From: a virus
DNA: 64,000 nucleotides
Direction: 5' to 3' (one strand)
IMG/VR virus record: IMGVR_UViG_3300046697_000072
The notes under the pieces are model-generated. The model saw only the letters and a list, made by a program, of their open reading frames with translations. It did no database searches and was not told where the DNA came from. Position 1 is the first letter of the stretch. Each line of letters begins with the position of its first letter. The translations under genes and the position numbers were made by a program. Positions 44,040 to 53,458 of this stretch are shown here, piece after piece.

Positions 44040-45743
44040 TCAATCGGGCAGCACTGCTTGCGCTCCCAGTGCAACGTTGGACTTTGGTGGTTTCTTCGGG
44101 GTAGTTGGTGTCTCTTCTCCGCCCGGTTTCGGAGGAGGAGCGCCCTGTCCGTACATCCCCCCGAGCGATTCCACCATGTCATCGTGGTCTTTCTCTAAGT
44201 CCTGTAGCTCCGCAGCCTGTAATCCCTGGTACTCTTTCTTCTTGGCCTCTTTCTCCTTAGGCTTCAGCAGCGGAAGGTCTTTGTCGATGGACGCTATTTT
44301 CTGAACCCAGGTCCGCTTGATCCGGTTCTTCTCCGTGGTGTACTGGGCCTCAGCCCGCACTTGAGCATTACGCGCCTCTTTCTGATCCCGGATCTGTTCG
44401 GTGATATTGAAGTGTTGTAGCCATCGGTCGGGAGCTTGCCTGACGGTTCCAGGGCCTGTGTAGAATTCCCCGCTAGCCTTCTGGAATACCTGTTGCCCCT
44501 GTGCGTTCACATACGCCTTGCGGTCCTGGTAGCCCCGGTAAAATCCAGACCCTTCCTGCCAGTTCTGCATATCCGGGGGGAGGGGAATTCCATCTGAGTC
44601 GTACATTTTCCCGGTAGCTACGTCAAGCCGTACCGACCTAGAATCCGTAGGATCGTTAGGGTTCACAATGTTTCTCATCTGAACCCCTTGGTACGGGATC
44701 AGCTTGCCGATGTCTACCGAAACCTCCCGGTTGTTCTGATCGAAGAATGCAGCTCGGTCGGGGAGGTCGATGATGTTCCCTCGTATCCGGTTTCCGCCAA
44801 TCTCCCAATCTTCTCCGGGACGGACTCGCTTCATCCTTTCAGCGGCTTGCCTTTGGTTGCCAGTCAGTGTTACCCCGGTGAACCCGATGCCTTGGGGCTT
44901 GGCCCCTGGTTGCGCCGTGGCGGGAGGCCCCGGTGGAGGAGTGCCGCCTCCTGCGGCTGGCTTGCCAACCCCCGCCAGCGTCTGCATTTCCGCCGCTGTA
45001 GATGGTGCAGTGGGGTATGCCTGTGCTGCCATCTGCGAAAACGATTGTGCCCCCTGCGGGTCCACCCGAGCCCACTCGTTGAACTTCGCCCTCAATTCTG
45101 GATCGGCGTTGACCGTCTCCGGGGGAGTCCCTGGGGGATACTTTTTCAGGATGTTGTTGACCTGGGATGCGTATTGCCCACTGACCGCTTGCACGCTGTA
45201 CTTGTTTTGATTGCCGTGGTACTCTGCTTCCATCTGCCCGATGAGTTCATGCGGGTTCACGTCGGGAGCGCCCTTAGGCATTTCCCCGCCAACCAGCCCG
45301 GTGGCAACATGTTTCAGGATTCCTGCTACCATTCCCTCCGGTCCCTGCTGCTGCTGGTCCCCAGCCCCTTTGCCCTTCTTTCCTTTACCGCCTTTCTGCC
45401 CGTCGAAGGACTTCAGCGTTTCCGACCCCAGGGCGCTGAAGTACTTCTGCCGAACAAGCGCCTTGTACTCATCGGTCTTGGTTGGGTCGCTCTCCACGCT
45501 CTGCACGTACTGCCCCAGGATGGCGATATTCTTCAGCCGCTCGTTCTGCTCCATGGAGAACTTGCGAATCCGGCCCTGCGCGGCCCCGCCGACAAACTCC
45601 GTGAAGATTTTGGCGATGGCCCCGGCTTTGCTGCCACCACCAACTTGAGACGGAGGAGTGGACGGCTGAGGCACCACGCTCTGCTGCGGGTAGGGACCGA
45701 CCAAGGCGTTGGGGTCAACGGGCTGAAACTGGGTTTGTGGCAT
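44040..45743 (-). CDS. 567-aa hypothetical protein
   Basis: Gln/Pro/Gly-rich; same operon. Confidence 0.55.
   Translation of the reverse strand: MPQTQFQPVDPNALVGPYPQQSVVPQPSTPPSQVGGGSKAGAIAKIFTEFVGGAAQGRIRKFSMEQNERLKNIAILGQYVQSVESDPTKTDEYKALVRQKYFSALGSETLKSFDGQKGGKGKKGKGAGDQQQQGPEGMVAGILKHVATGLVGGEMPKGAPDVNPHELIGQMEAEYHGNQNKYSVQAVSGQYASQVNNILKKYPPGTPPETVNADPELRAKFNEWARVDPQGAQSFSQMAAQAYPTAPSTAAEMQTLAGVGKPAAGGGTPPPGPPATAQPGAKPQGIGFTGVTLTGNQRQAAERMKRVRPGEDWEIGGNRIRGNIIDLPDRAAFFDQNNREVSVDIGKLIPYQGVQMRNIVNPNDPTDSRSVRLDVATGKMYDSDGIPLPPDMQNWQEGSGFYRGYQDRKAYVNAQGQQVFQKASGEFYTGPGTVRQAPDRWLQHFNITEQIRDQKEARNAQVRAEAQYTTEKNRIKRTWVQKIASIDKDLPLLKPKEKEAKKKEYQGLQAAELQDLEKDHDDMVESLGGMYGQGAPPPKPGGEETPTTPKKPPKSNVALGAQAVLPD
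44069..44082. repeat. iterated palindrome copy GTGCAACGTTGGAC
   Basis: 3' end of the 567-aa gene (S-N-V-A); 36 nt upstream of start 44033. Confidence 0.9.
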
Positions 45744-45747
45744 AGGT

Positions 45748-46422
45748 TTACACCGATATGGGCTTAGAAGTGTTTTTCGTCAAAGCCGACGCCATCAGCC
45801 CTCCGGTCACCGCGCTCCCCGCTACCCCCGCCAGTGACGAGATGAAGTTGAGCGCTTCGGCTTGCTGCGCTTGCTCTTGGTTGTAGACGGTGCCGAACAC
45901 ATTCGCCGCGTTCGCGGTCGCACCCGTGCCCCCGCTGAGATATCCCAGCGCGGCCTGCTCCTGCTGGCCAGCCAGATTCGCCAGGACACTCGGGGCCTGC
46001 TGAACTGCTGACGCCTCCCCTCCGCCAATTGCGGTGGCCTTCTGGGTCTCCAGTTGCGCCAGCGCTTGATCGCGGGCGGCTCCCGGTGGGACGTTGTTCA
46101 TGATCTGGGCTTTCGCCGCTGCATACCCACTGGAGACTTGAGCGCCGCCTCCGGTCCCCATGAACGCAGAGAGCGCAGCCTTGGGGTCACCTCCGGCAAG
46201 GGCGGTCTCCTGCTTAATGAGCGGGGCCTGAAGCTTGCCTACTTGGTCCTGAAGTGCCGTGGACGTATCCAGCGCATTTGTGCCTGCTCCTGTGAGCGTG
46301 TTGGCGGCTCCGGATTCCCCGGCTGACGCCGACTTCATTTCCCCCGATGGTCCGATGCACTGGATTACTGGGCAGGCCCGCAACTCCAGTTTTGCCCACG
46401 CTTTCAGAATGTCATTGAACAT
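45748..46422 (-). CDS. Gly/Ala/Gln-rich protein (224 aa)
   Basis: AAGGAG RBS before ATG 46422 (internal Met of ORF 45748-46545). Confidence 0.5.
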   Translation of the reverse strand: MFNDILKAWAKLELRACPVIQCIGPSGEMKSASAGESGAANTLTGAGTNALDTSTALQDQVGKLQAPLIKQETALAGGDPKAALSAFMGTGGGAQVSSGYAAAKAQIMNNVPPGAARDQALAQLETQKATAIGGGEASAVQQAPSVLANLAGQQEQAALGYLSGGTGATANAANVFGTVYNQEQAQQAEALNFISSLAGVAGSAVTGGLMASALTKNTSKPISV

Positions 46423-46960
46423 ACGACTCCTTCGCCAGATGTAGCAGCATTCCGTCGCACCGGGCTCCACGCCACTGTGACCAGATCGGCAGCGGCCCGA
46501 CTTCGGTAAACCCGATATCCCGCGCCAACTTCCGGCCAAAGACATTCGGCACCGGGATGCTCCCGTAGAGTGCGTCGAGATTCAACTCTTCGAAGCAGTA
46601 CTGTACCATAAGCCGGGTAAGGGCCAGCGGGATGCCCCGGCCCCAGTACTCCCGGAAGTATCCAAACCCGACTTCACCGCGCCCGTTCTGAAGATTCGAC
46701 GCCCAGCCCATCCCGGCGAATCCGGTCGAGTCCAACGTTGGACTGGGGTAGACGAACCCACCCAGGAACTTGACGGATTTCTGGTCGTGCAAGTTCAGGA
46801 AAGCCTTAATGGTCGGGACTCCCTGCGAGAAAATCACTGGCAGTAATCTCTCATCGTGAAACCGGATGTATGCCCTGGCGATCTGATTGTCATCGAGAGC
46901 TGGGGAGATGCTGAAGCTCTGCCGGACTGCGGTGCTCTCTAAAACTTTCGTGCCCATCAT
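46412..46960 (-). CDS. GNAT-family N-acetyltransferase (RimJ/RimL-like)
   Basis: GFGYFREYWGRGIPLALTRLMVQYCFEELNL...FGRKLARDIGFTEVG (acetyl-CoA motif A region). Confidence 0.7.
   Translation of the reverse strand: MMGTKVLESTAVRQSFSISPALDDNQIARAYIRFHDERLLPVIFSQGVPTIKAFLNLHDQKSVKFLGGFVYPSPTLDSTGFAGMGWASNLQNGRGEVGFGYFREYWGRGIPLALTRLMVQYCFEELNLDALYGSIPVPNVFGRKLARDIGFTEVGPLPIWSQWRGARCDGMLLHLAKESYVQ
46730..46743. repeat. iterated palindrome copy GTCCAACGTTGGAC (perfect)
   Basis: Internal to the GNAT gene (P-T-L-D). Confidence 0.9.
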
Positions 46961-47016
46961 TCTCCACGCTACTCCTAAACCTTCTTCAATTCAAGACTTA
47001 CAGGCAATTCCAGTCT

Positions 47017-47355
47017 TTAAGTCGGTGCCGTATACGCTGTGATTCGTCCATGCCTGTCCACCGTTAAGGAGCCGAGCGCTCCGCCCGTGGTGAGCTTTGC
47101 CAGCTTGACGGTCCAGCCGGGTACAGTAAGCGACGGATCGGCCCCTACCTGATCCGAAGTTGGGATCGTGCCTGCGGCCTTCGTTGCCGCCGCCGCAGCC
47201 GCAGCAGCGTTGTTCGCCGCATTCGCCGCTGCCTGAGTCTGCTGGTCCATCAGGTCCAGCCGATGGTTTAGCCGGTAAAGCTGCGGGTCTTTCAAGTCGT
47301 TGGCGTTGATCTGAATACCTGAAGTGCCGCCAGGGGTCGTATTGGTTGTGCCCAT
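47017..47355 (-). CDS. hypothetical protein with poly-Ala/Asn tract
   Basis: GGAGGT RBS 6 nt before ATG 47355; 112 aa. Confidence 0.55.
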   Translation of the reverse strand: MGTTNTTPGGTSGIQINANDLKDPQLYRLNHRLDLMDQQTQAAANAANNAAAAAAAATKAAGTIPTSDQVGADPSLTVPGWTVKLAKLTTGGALGSLTVDRHGRITAYTAPT

Positions 47356-47368
47356 CAGCACACCTCCG

Positions 47369-47377
47369 TGCTATAAT
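47369..47377 (+). promoter_or_regulatory. extended -10 element for the inverted HNH gene
   Basis: TGcTATAAT, about 68 nt upstream of ATG 47445; no clear -35. Confidence 0.4.
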
Positions 47378-47444
47378 GCAAGTTGGGCCACGAGTGGTTG
47401 TAGCCACGCGCGGCCCTGACCAAGAGATCTTGAAAGGAGATCAG

Positions 47445-47978
47445 ATGGCTACTAACCAGTGTAAACCTCTTCCGCCGCTCACGCCAGCCGACATCGCTCG
47501 ATTTTGGTCCCGCGTTGATAAACGTGGGCCGGATGAGTGCTGGCCATGGATGAGAGGCCGAGACAAACATGGCTATGGAGTTATTAGCATTGCGAACCGC
47601 AACCTTTACGCTGCTCGGGTGGCGTACTCCCTGACAACCGGGGATGATCCTTACCCACTCGGCGTACTCCATATTTGCGACAACCCTCCCTGCTGTAACG
47701 GGAAGCATTTGTTTAAGGGAACGGATGCCGACAATATGGCAGATAAGATGAAGAAGGGGCGACACCGTGGCGGAGGCGGTCTTAAACATTGCCCTGAGCG
47801 AGCTTGCCGTGGAGAGTCTATTCAGTGGGCTAGGCTCACCAACCACACAGTTATAGAGATCAGGCATCGATACGAGATCCTTGGACAACACAATTTTCAT
47901 GAACTTTCCAGAGTGTTTGGAGTCTCTCCAACGACAATCTCGAACGTTGTTTACCGTAAAACTTGGGCTCATATCTAA
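47445..47978 (+). CDS. HNH (HNH_3-type) homing endonuclease
   Basis: AAGGAGA RBS; FWSRVDKRGPDECWPW...GYG...VLHICDNPPCCNGKHLFKGTDADN; opposite strand to all its neighbours. Confidence 0.8.
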   Translation: MATNQCKPLPPLTPADIARFWSRVDKRGPDECWPWMRGRDKHGYGVISIANRNLYAARVAYSLTTGDDPYPLGVLHICDNPPCCNGKHLFKGTDADNMADKMKKGRHRGGGGLKHCPERACRGESIQWARLTNHTVIEIRHRYEILGQHNFHELSRVFGVSPTTISNVVYRKTWAHI

Positions 47979-50900
47979 ATCATCATCTGCATGAAAGAAG
48001 ACAGGGTGGTTTTGGTATACCCTGCATGTCGGTCAGAGCCAAGCGGCAACCATTCAATCCCAGAGGGATCTCCGTACAAAGAGAAGGTCGTCTCCCCGTC
48101 GCTCGATGCTATCGAAATGTCGTAAAGGACGGACTTGTTCAACCCGGAGCCGAACACGCTCGGGAAAAGATACCGCTCAACTGAGCGAGTAGGATGCGCC
48201 GGAAAGGGGACCACCAATGTCCCCGTGCTCGATACGAACGTCACGTTGATTGGGACCGCCGACACGTATTCGATCCACAATTGCTTCAGTAACTTGAACG
48301 CCGAATACCCAAAACTCTGCTGGTATGAGGTCCACTGGGTCACTGCGGGAGGCTCTTTCACGATATCCAGGGTCCAATCCCACAGTTGCGCCCGGCCTCC
48401 GGTTCCCGGAGTGAACAGCAACCTCCACATAAGCCCTGACAGTTCCGGGTTGCAAGCAAGGACTATTCGCCGATTCGTATAAGTCGTGTTCACCAGAAAC
48501 GTCTGTTGGGTAACTCCGTCGCTTGTTTGAAGTGCCACTGAGCACGTCACCCCTCCAGTGTTTATGGTTGCGATAAAGTTTCTGGCCAACTTCGGATAGG
48601 GGTAGCCGAAATCCTGCCATGGGGTATAAAGTATGACTTCCGGGGGATCTATAGGCCCGGCTTGATCGAAAGCGTGCCAACGCTCAAACCCCCAATTGAA
48701 CAATTGAAAGCGCCCGCCAGCCCCTTCGGTAGCAAGGATGCGCCACATCTTCGCGTGAGTATCAGCCGGGATTGCGTAGTTGAACTTTCGATTGGTGGGC
48801 GTGCCAGTATGTGTTACGGTTAGAACCGTCCCATTTTCATTTTGCAGATATACTGTGGAGGGAACGCCAGCCGTATCAGCGTCGAGCCAGAGCCATGAAG
48901 GTTCCTTGTCGTTTGGGTCTGAAGCGTCTCGCCAGTCCGTGGTGTGGATTATGTCTGGTGGGTAATCGACCTTCTGGAAAGTATACTTCCACTGCTTGTA
49001 ACCAGCCGGGATCGTAACCCCTGTAGGATAGATGCGAATCATCTTGGCGACGGTATCGGCGGCAATCGGAAATTCAGTTTTGCCGCGCCCTGTACCGAGC
49101 ACAAATTGTGCAACGTTGGAGTTCAACGTCACGCCTCCGATGCCAGTGAGGGTATCCATCTGAAGCGTGATCGGGCCGCCCAATGTCGTATCGTATTCGA
49201 AGACTACCGACAACAGCAGTTTGTCGTAGGGGTGCTCCAACTCGTCCCAGTCGAATGTGTGCTGCACTTCTCCTTTGTCTGCCTGCTGGAACTTCAGGGA
49301 GTGGTTAAAAAGCTGCCACGTCCCTTCCCTGGTGGCGAGAGCGGGTTGAGTTAAGTCAACGAAAAGCCTCCAGCGGTAACCCGTCAGTCCGGTCGGGACT
49401 GTGATGTTCCTTTGCCGGTCGGCTTCAGTTGAGATCACGGTAAACTTGAACTTGGTAACATTGTCGGCTTGGAGCCAGCACTCAACAGCTACCCCGTTCG
49501 TGTTCACTTCCAAGACCACTTGGTTGGCATACTTGAGGTACGACAGCCCGCCGTCCTCCCAGGGGGTGAATCCCGTAACATCCTCAGGGTACGTCTCTTT
49601 CTGAAAGTCAACAGAATGGATCTTGAAGAATGCGACTGAGGATTGGCCAACCGCCCCTACTGTGGCAACAGGCCGCACGCGCACCAGCTTGGCGATAATC
49701 CCATCCGTCACAGGGAAAGACTTCTTGGCTCGCCCTGCTCCCAGAATCGTGGGATTCGAAAGGACAAACGTCTGCACGGCTTCGTTGTAGGTATCCCCGT
49801 CCTTCCCTGATATCGTATCCAGAACTATCGTGCGGTCAGTTCCTTCCGTGTCGAACGTAACCGTCATCTGGTGGAGCTTTTTGTCGAAGGGATGATCCAG
49901 GTCCATCCAGTCTGTCGTCCCCCCAGCCGTCAGAAGCCCCGTCTCCTGGTACTGGAACATCAGGCTATAGAAGGTCGCTTGAGCCGGGTATGCGGTGCCG
50001 TAAATATGAAAAGAGATCGCCCGCGCTTCCCGGCCAAACGACTGAAGGCCCGCAGCCTTTGACACTACATTGGCAAGCAAGGCCACCGGCTGTCGCCCGG
50101 TCAGGCTTGTTCCAGAAGGGATGGTGACTGCCACCGAGTCTACTGCCGTGTCTGAGTAATCGAGCAGGATCTCCACCGTCATCGAAGAGGCCGGGGAACC
50201 TGTGAACAATTGCGGATCTACATCCAGCCAAATCTCCTCAAATAGTTTTTTGGCGTTCGGAAGACCGAGATCAAACCATGGGAGCCAAATATCGTATGGG
50301 ACTGCCGATCCCCCGGAAAACGGATCGACCCATCCATCTGCGGTCTGGTCTGTCCCAGCCGCGATATTCACCGCATCTGCGATAACGAACGTGGCCCCGA
50401 GAGAGGGGCTGTCCAGCGCCAGAATTAGAGACTGAGTATCCGGCTCGGTGTAGATTGTTGAGATTTCGGAAAATGGCGAATAGGTCTCCGGGTACAGGCT
50501 CCATCGATCCCCATAAAGGGGTTCGCACATCAATTCCTGCATGACGTTATTGATGTCTCTGTAGAGCAGGCGGATCACTCCACGCCGGTATTCCATGCGG
50601 GCGTAGAGGAGCGCGTTGGGCTGCATACTGATCGGCGGAATCCCGTTGACTTCCATACTGTGGAAGATCGGGTCGATGGCCTCAGTCCGTTTCTGGAGCG
50701 ATCCACCATCCCAGGACCAGATGCCATCCGTGGACAGGAACCAGACTTCAGTTTCCGTCTTACACCATGCCGGCTGCGCGACGAGCCCCTTCTCCGCTAT
50801 CTTTACCGGAGTCAGCAAAGAGCCTGAGATGAGCGGCACTTCAAATAGGCTGCTGACATTCATGGAAAGGATCTGGCCCCGGTACTCACAAAAGTTCACG

Positions 50901-52624
50901 ATCCCGTTGGCTGGGGTTCCGACCCCAATGTTAGTCACGGCCCCGGAAGCGTCCGTGCCCACAGGGAAGGCTTCGGGGTAGCCCGACTTGCTCTTGTAGA
51001 GTATGTGCGGATTGTTGGGATCACCAGCCACCAGAACAGCATCTCCCACGTTGGCTGTCAGGTTGCACGGCTGGCCAGCGATGGCATCCACGGTGATGAC
51101 ATCCCCGTCTTCGTGGACGTACTGGAAGTACACGATGATCGTGGTGCCGGAGATCGCTCCGATTATGCAGTCTTCGCTCCCGCTGGTTGCGGCTATGTGT
51201 GCCAATGTTCCTGGGGTGAGATTATAGGCGGATGGCAACGCTGCCAGAGACACAGCCATCCACCCGGCATCGAAGATTCCCCCCGCAGCAGAGATCGTGC
51301 TGGAGTACGGGACCGGGACCGTGCTGGTCACCGGCATGTCGTTGTCGATCTCGATCTGATTGTTGTAAATCTGAACGGTGTCTGCGATGTTGTCCACGAA
51401 AGTTGCGGGGTTGGGGACCCCGGCGGTTACTCCTGGATTGGGGACAGATCCAACGAATCTCCAGGTATCGTAGTTTAGACCCCCACGGCGGTAGATGTTG
51501 AGTGTCTTGATATCCACGTCGGGGCTTCCCCAGACGGTAACCGCGACTTGGCCCAAATGAACAGCAAGAGGGATGCCGGAATTGTTCCCTCCCATCGCAA
51601 AAGAGGCATCCGGCACCATCACCTGAGAAGGGTTCCCTTCATTGCCTGTCAGCCCAGAAATGCCAGTCCATCGCCAATCGTAAGGGATCGAACTGGCCGG
51701 GCTTTCGTCCGCGCCGCCATCTAGCAGCCCGATGGCCAGCCCGTTGGGAGATCCAATCTGGGTGATCGTCCCAGCGGCAGTGATCGTACCTGAACCTGTC
51801 ACCATCTGGCCGTTGCTGTCGAAGAGGCGGAACATCGTGGTCGGGTTGTCGATTGTCACTCCATCCGCATCGACTACCCCAACTCGGATGTCCCATGTGT
51901 CGTTAATGTCCGTGCGCCCATCGGTCGTTGTGACGGCGAAGGTGCCCGTCACCCCCGCGATCTTGACCGTGCTATCGTCCAACATGGGGACCGAAGGTGT
52001 TTGATCTTGAGGGGCGGAATCAAGTACGATGACCACCCCGCCCCAGGTGGGCCAGTTCGTGTAGATGTAGTCAATGGAGATAGCCGGGGCCAAAGTCTTC
52101 GGCGTTGCATCTGGGACTTGTACCGCTTGCGCCACTCCGGCGGATGGTGGAGTACCCCATAGCGGCAACGGAGACTGTGGAGTTACCCCGCTGTCCTTGA
52201 GCATGGCCTTCGGACAGGCGAAGAATCCGAATGGCTGACCAGTTTCCCCAGCCGCATACGACGCCATCTCCCAGTGCTTGCCAACTCCCTCTACGCTAGC
52301 CGCCACCACTACTGCGGTTTTGTAATCGTATGTCCGAAGGATGTTCTGGTTGATGTCCAGATAGCGAGGGTTGGAAGATGGAACAAGTGGGTCCTCATTT
52401 GGCGTCACCACCAACTTTCGTACAACGTTGCACGGGGACAAGCCCGCGCCCAAACTGCCAATGAGCTTGGACCCGGTGCGGCTCGAAAGAGCGCCCTCCT
52501 GGACGGAATAGACCCCGGACAGACGGCGATACCTTCCGTCTTTCAGGAGATCCGGGCTCTCTTTGTTCACCATCCCTTGGTGAGAGAACCGAAAGGCGGA
52601 AGTTTTTGAGCCCGGATTTTCCAC
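47975..52624 (-). CDS. 1549-aa giant structural protein (possibly tail-hub or nozzle-like)
   Basis: N-terminus QGMVNKESPDLLKDGRYRRLSGVYSVQEGALSSRTG recalls podovirus tail-tubular-B N-termini (weak). Confidence 0.45.
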   Translation of the reverse strand: MENPGSKTSAFRFSHQGMVNKESPDLLKDGRYRRLSGVYSVQEGALSSRTGSKLIGSLGAGLSPCNVVRKLVVTPNEDPLVPSSNPRYLDINQNILRTYDYKTAVVVAASVEGVGKHWEMASYAAGETGQPFGFFACPKAMLKDSGVTPQSPLPLWGTPPSAGVAQAVQVPDATPKTLAPAISIDYIYTNWPTWGGVVIVLDSAPQDQTPSVPMLDDSTVKIAGVTGTFAVTTTDGRTDINDTWDIRVGVVDADGVTIDNPTTMFRLFDSNGQMVTGSGTITAAGTITQIGSPNGLAIGLLDGGADESPASSIPYDWRWTGISGLTGNEGNPSQVMVPDASFAMGGNNSGIPLAVHLGQVAVTVWGSPDVDIKTLNIYRRGGLNYDTWRFVGSVPNPGVTAGVPNPATFVDNIADTVQIYNNQIEIDNDMPVTSTVPVPYSSTISAAGGIFDAGWMAVSLAALPSAYNLTPGTLAHIAATSGSEDCIIGAISGTTIIVYFQYVHEDGDVITVDAIAGQPCNLTANVGDAVLVAGDPNNPHILYKSKSGYPEAFPVGTDASGAVTNIGVGTPANGIVNFCEYRGQILSMNVSSLFEVPLISGSLLTPVKIAEKGLVAQPAWCKTETEVWFLSTDGIWSWDGGSLQKRTEAIDPIFHSMEVNGIPPISMQPNALLYARMEYRRGVIRLLYRDINNVMQELMCEPLYGDRWSLYPETYSPFSEISTIYTEPDTQSLILALDSPSLGATFVIADAVNIAAGTDQTADGWVDPFSGGSAVPYDIWLPWFDLGLPNAKKLFEEIWLDVDPQLFTGSPASSMTVEILLDYSDTAVDSVAVTIPSGTSLTGRQPVALLANVVSKAAGLQSFGREARAISFHIYGTAYPAQATFYSLMFQYQETGLLTAGGTTDWMDLDHPFDKKLHQMTVTFDTEGTDRTIVLDTISGKDGDTYNEAVQTFVLSNPTILGAGRAKKSFPVTDGIIAKLVRVRPVATVGAVGQSSVAFFKIHSVDFQKETYPEDVTGFTPWEDGGLSYLKYANQVVLEVNTNGVAVECWLQADNVTKFKFTVISTEADRQRNITVPTGLTGYRWRLFVDLTQPALATREGTWQLFNHSLKFQQADKGEVQHTFDWDELEHPYDKLLLSVVFEYDTTLGGPITLQMDTLTGIGGVTLNSNVAQFVLGTGRGKTEFPIAADTVAKMIRIYPTGVTIPAGYKQWKYTFQKVDYPPDIIHTTDWRDASDPNDKEPSWLWLDADTAGVPSTVYLQNENGTVLTVTHTGTPTNRKFNYAIPADTHAKMWRILATEGAGGRFQLFNWGFERWHAFDQAGPIDPPEVILYTPWQDFGYPYPKLARNFIATINTGGVTCSVALQTSDGVTQQTFLVNTTYTNRRIVLACNPELSGLMWRLLFTPGTGGRAQLWDWTLDIVKEPPAVTQWTSYQQSFGYSAFKLLKQLWIEYVSAVPINVTFVSSTGTLVVPFPAHPTRSVERYLFPSVFGSGLNKSVLYDISIASSDGETTFSLYGDPSGIEWLPLGSDRHAGYTKTTLSSFMQMMI
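49108..49121. repeat. iterated palindrome copy GTGCAACGTTGGAG
   Basis: Internal to the 1549-aa gene (S-N-V-A); adjacent half-site GTTCAACGT at 49121. Confidence 0.9.
52420..52433. repeat. iterated palindrome copy GTACAACGTTGCAC
   Basis: About 200 nt into the 1549-aa gene (C-N-V-V). Confidence 0.9.
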
Positions 52625-53127
52625 TACTTCTCCTCAAAGGTGAACGTCAGGGTGTACGTGGCCTCGATGTGGATGGGCCTCCCGGTGTCGTTCATCCAAC
52701 TCGCCATCTTCAGGATGAGCTTATTGTCAGGCGGCAGCACCCAATCCACCTCATTGTCGAACGCAAAGCGGGACTTCCGGTTCTCTGAGGTCAGAACATC
52801 CTGGTGGTAGAGCGGGGTGTTATCCGCGCACCAATCACAGCGCGTAGACCCATCCGGCCCGCTATCATGGAAGGCCAAGAGCACCCCGACTGTGCTCTCT
52901 AGCGGCATGGGTGCGCCGGTTGAGGACGAACGCACCCAAGCCACCAGATCGCCGCGCAGTCGGGTTATGCGGACGCGGAGGCCCGGCGGCGGCGAAAACG
53001 TAATGACCTTCTCCTGAGAGTCGGCGTATCCCCAGCATCCGGGTCGTGTGTCCTGCACTCCGTAGAGATCAACGGCAAAGTTCCCAGACGGCATGAACGA
53101 CGCCAGCACCAGGAGAATCGGGATCAT
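52624..53127 (-). CDS. small exported protein (167 aa)
   Basis: ATGA-coupled start; MIPILLVLASFMPSG hydrophobic N-terminus. Confidence 0.5.
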   Translation of the reverse strand: MIPILLVLASFMPSGNFAVDLYGVQDTRPGCWGYADSQEKVITFSPPPGLRVRITRLRGDLVAWVRSSSTGAPMPLESTVGVLLAFHDSGPDGSTRCDWCADNTPLYHQDVLTSENRKSRFAFDNEVDWVLPPDNKLILKMASWMNDTGRPIHIEATYTLTFTFEEK

Positions 53128-53444
53128 TTCTTGTCTGCCCCCTTGGCTTCCGTTGGCGGTGCCGGAGGAGCGCATTGAGGCTTTCCCTGTGCGTCCAGCA
53201 TCAGTGGGCAGACGGCCTCCATGGACTTCACGGATTCCTGCATCCGTTTCTGCGCGTCGGTCAGTTTTGCTTGCGCCTCCAGCACATCCGCTTTGGCTTG
53301 AAAGAACGTCTCGCGCATCTCAGCCGTGATCTTCGGCGGGTCTGCTGGCTTGGCCGGTTCTGTCGGCTTCGCCGGTTTCTGTTGCGCCAGTCCCGCAAGG
53401 GCAATGGCGAGAATCAAAATGCATCGTGTCGGTGTGTGTTTCAT
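53124..53444 (-). CDS. exported coiled-coil protein (106 aa)
   Basis: GGAGGA RBS before ATG 53444; MKHTPTRCILILAIALAGLA/QQ signal; Pro/Lys linker, helix, C-terminal Cys pair. Confidence 0.55.
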   Translation of the reverse strand: MKHTPTRCILILAIALAGLAQQKPAKPTEPAKPADPPKITAEMRETFFQAKADVLEAQAKLTDAQKRMQESVKSMEAVCPLMLDAQGKPQCAPPAPPTEAKGADKK

Positions 53445-53458
53445 ACGTCCTCCTATAA

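Noticed and set aside
43081-45767. Long plus-strand ORFs (43081-44001, 306 aa; 44688-45767, 359 aa) opposite the late genes.
   Set aside because: They are antisense to long, uninterrupted, translationally coupled minus-strand genes. They have no RBS, and their composition is typical of the reverse frame.
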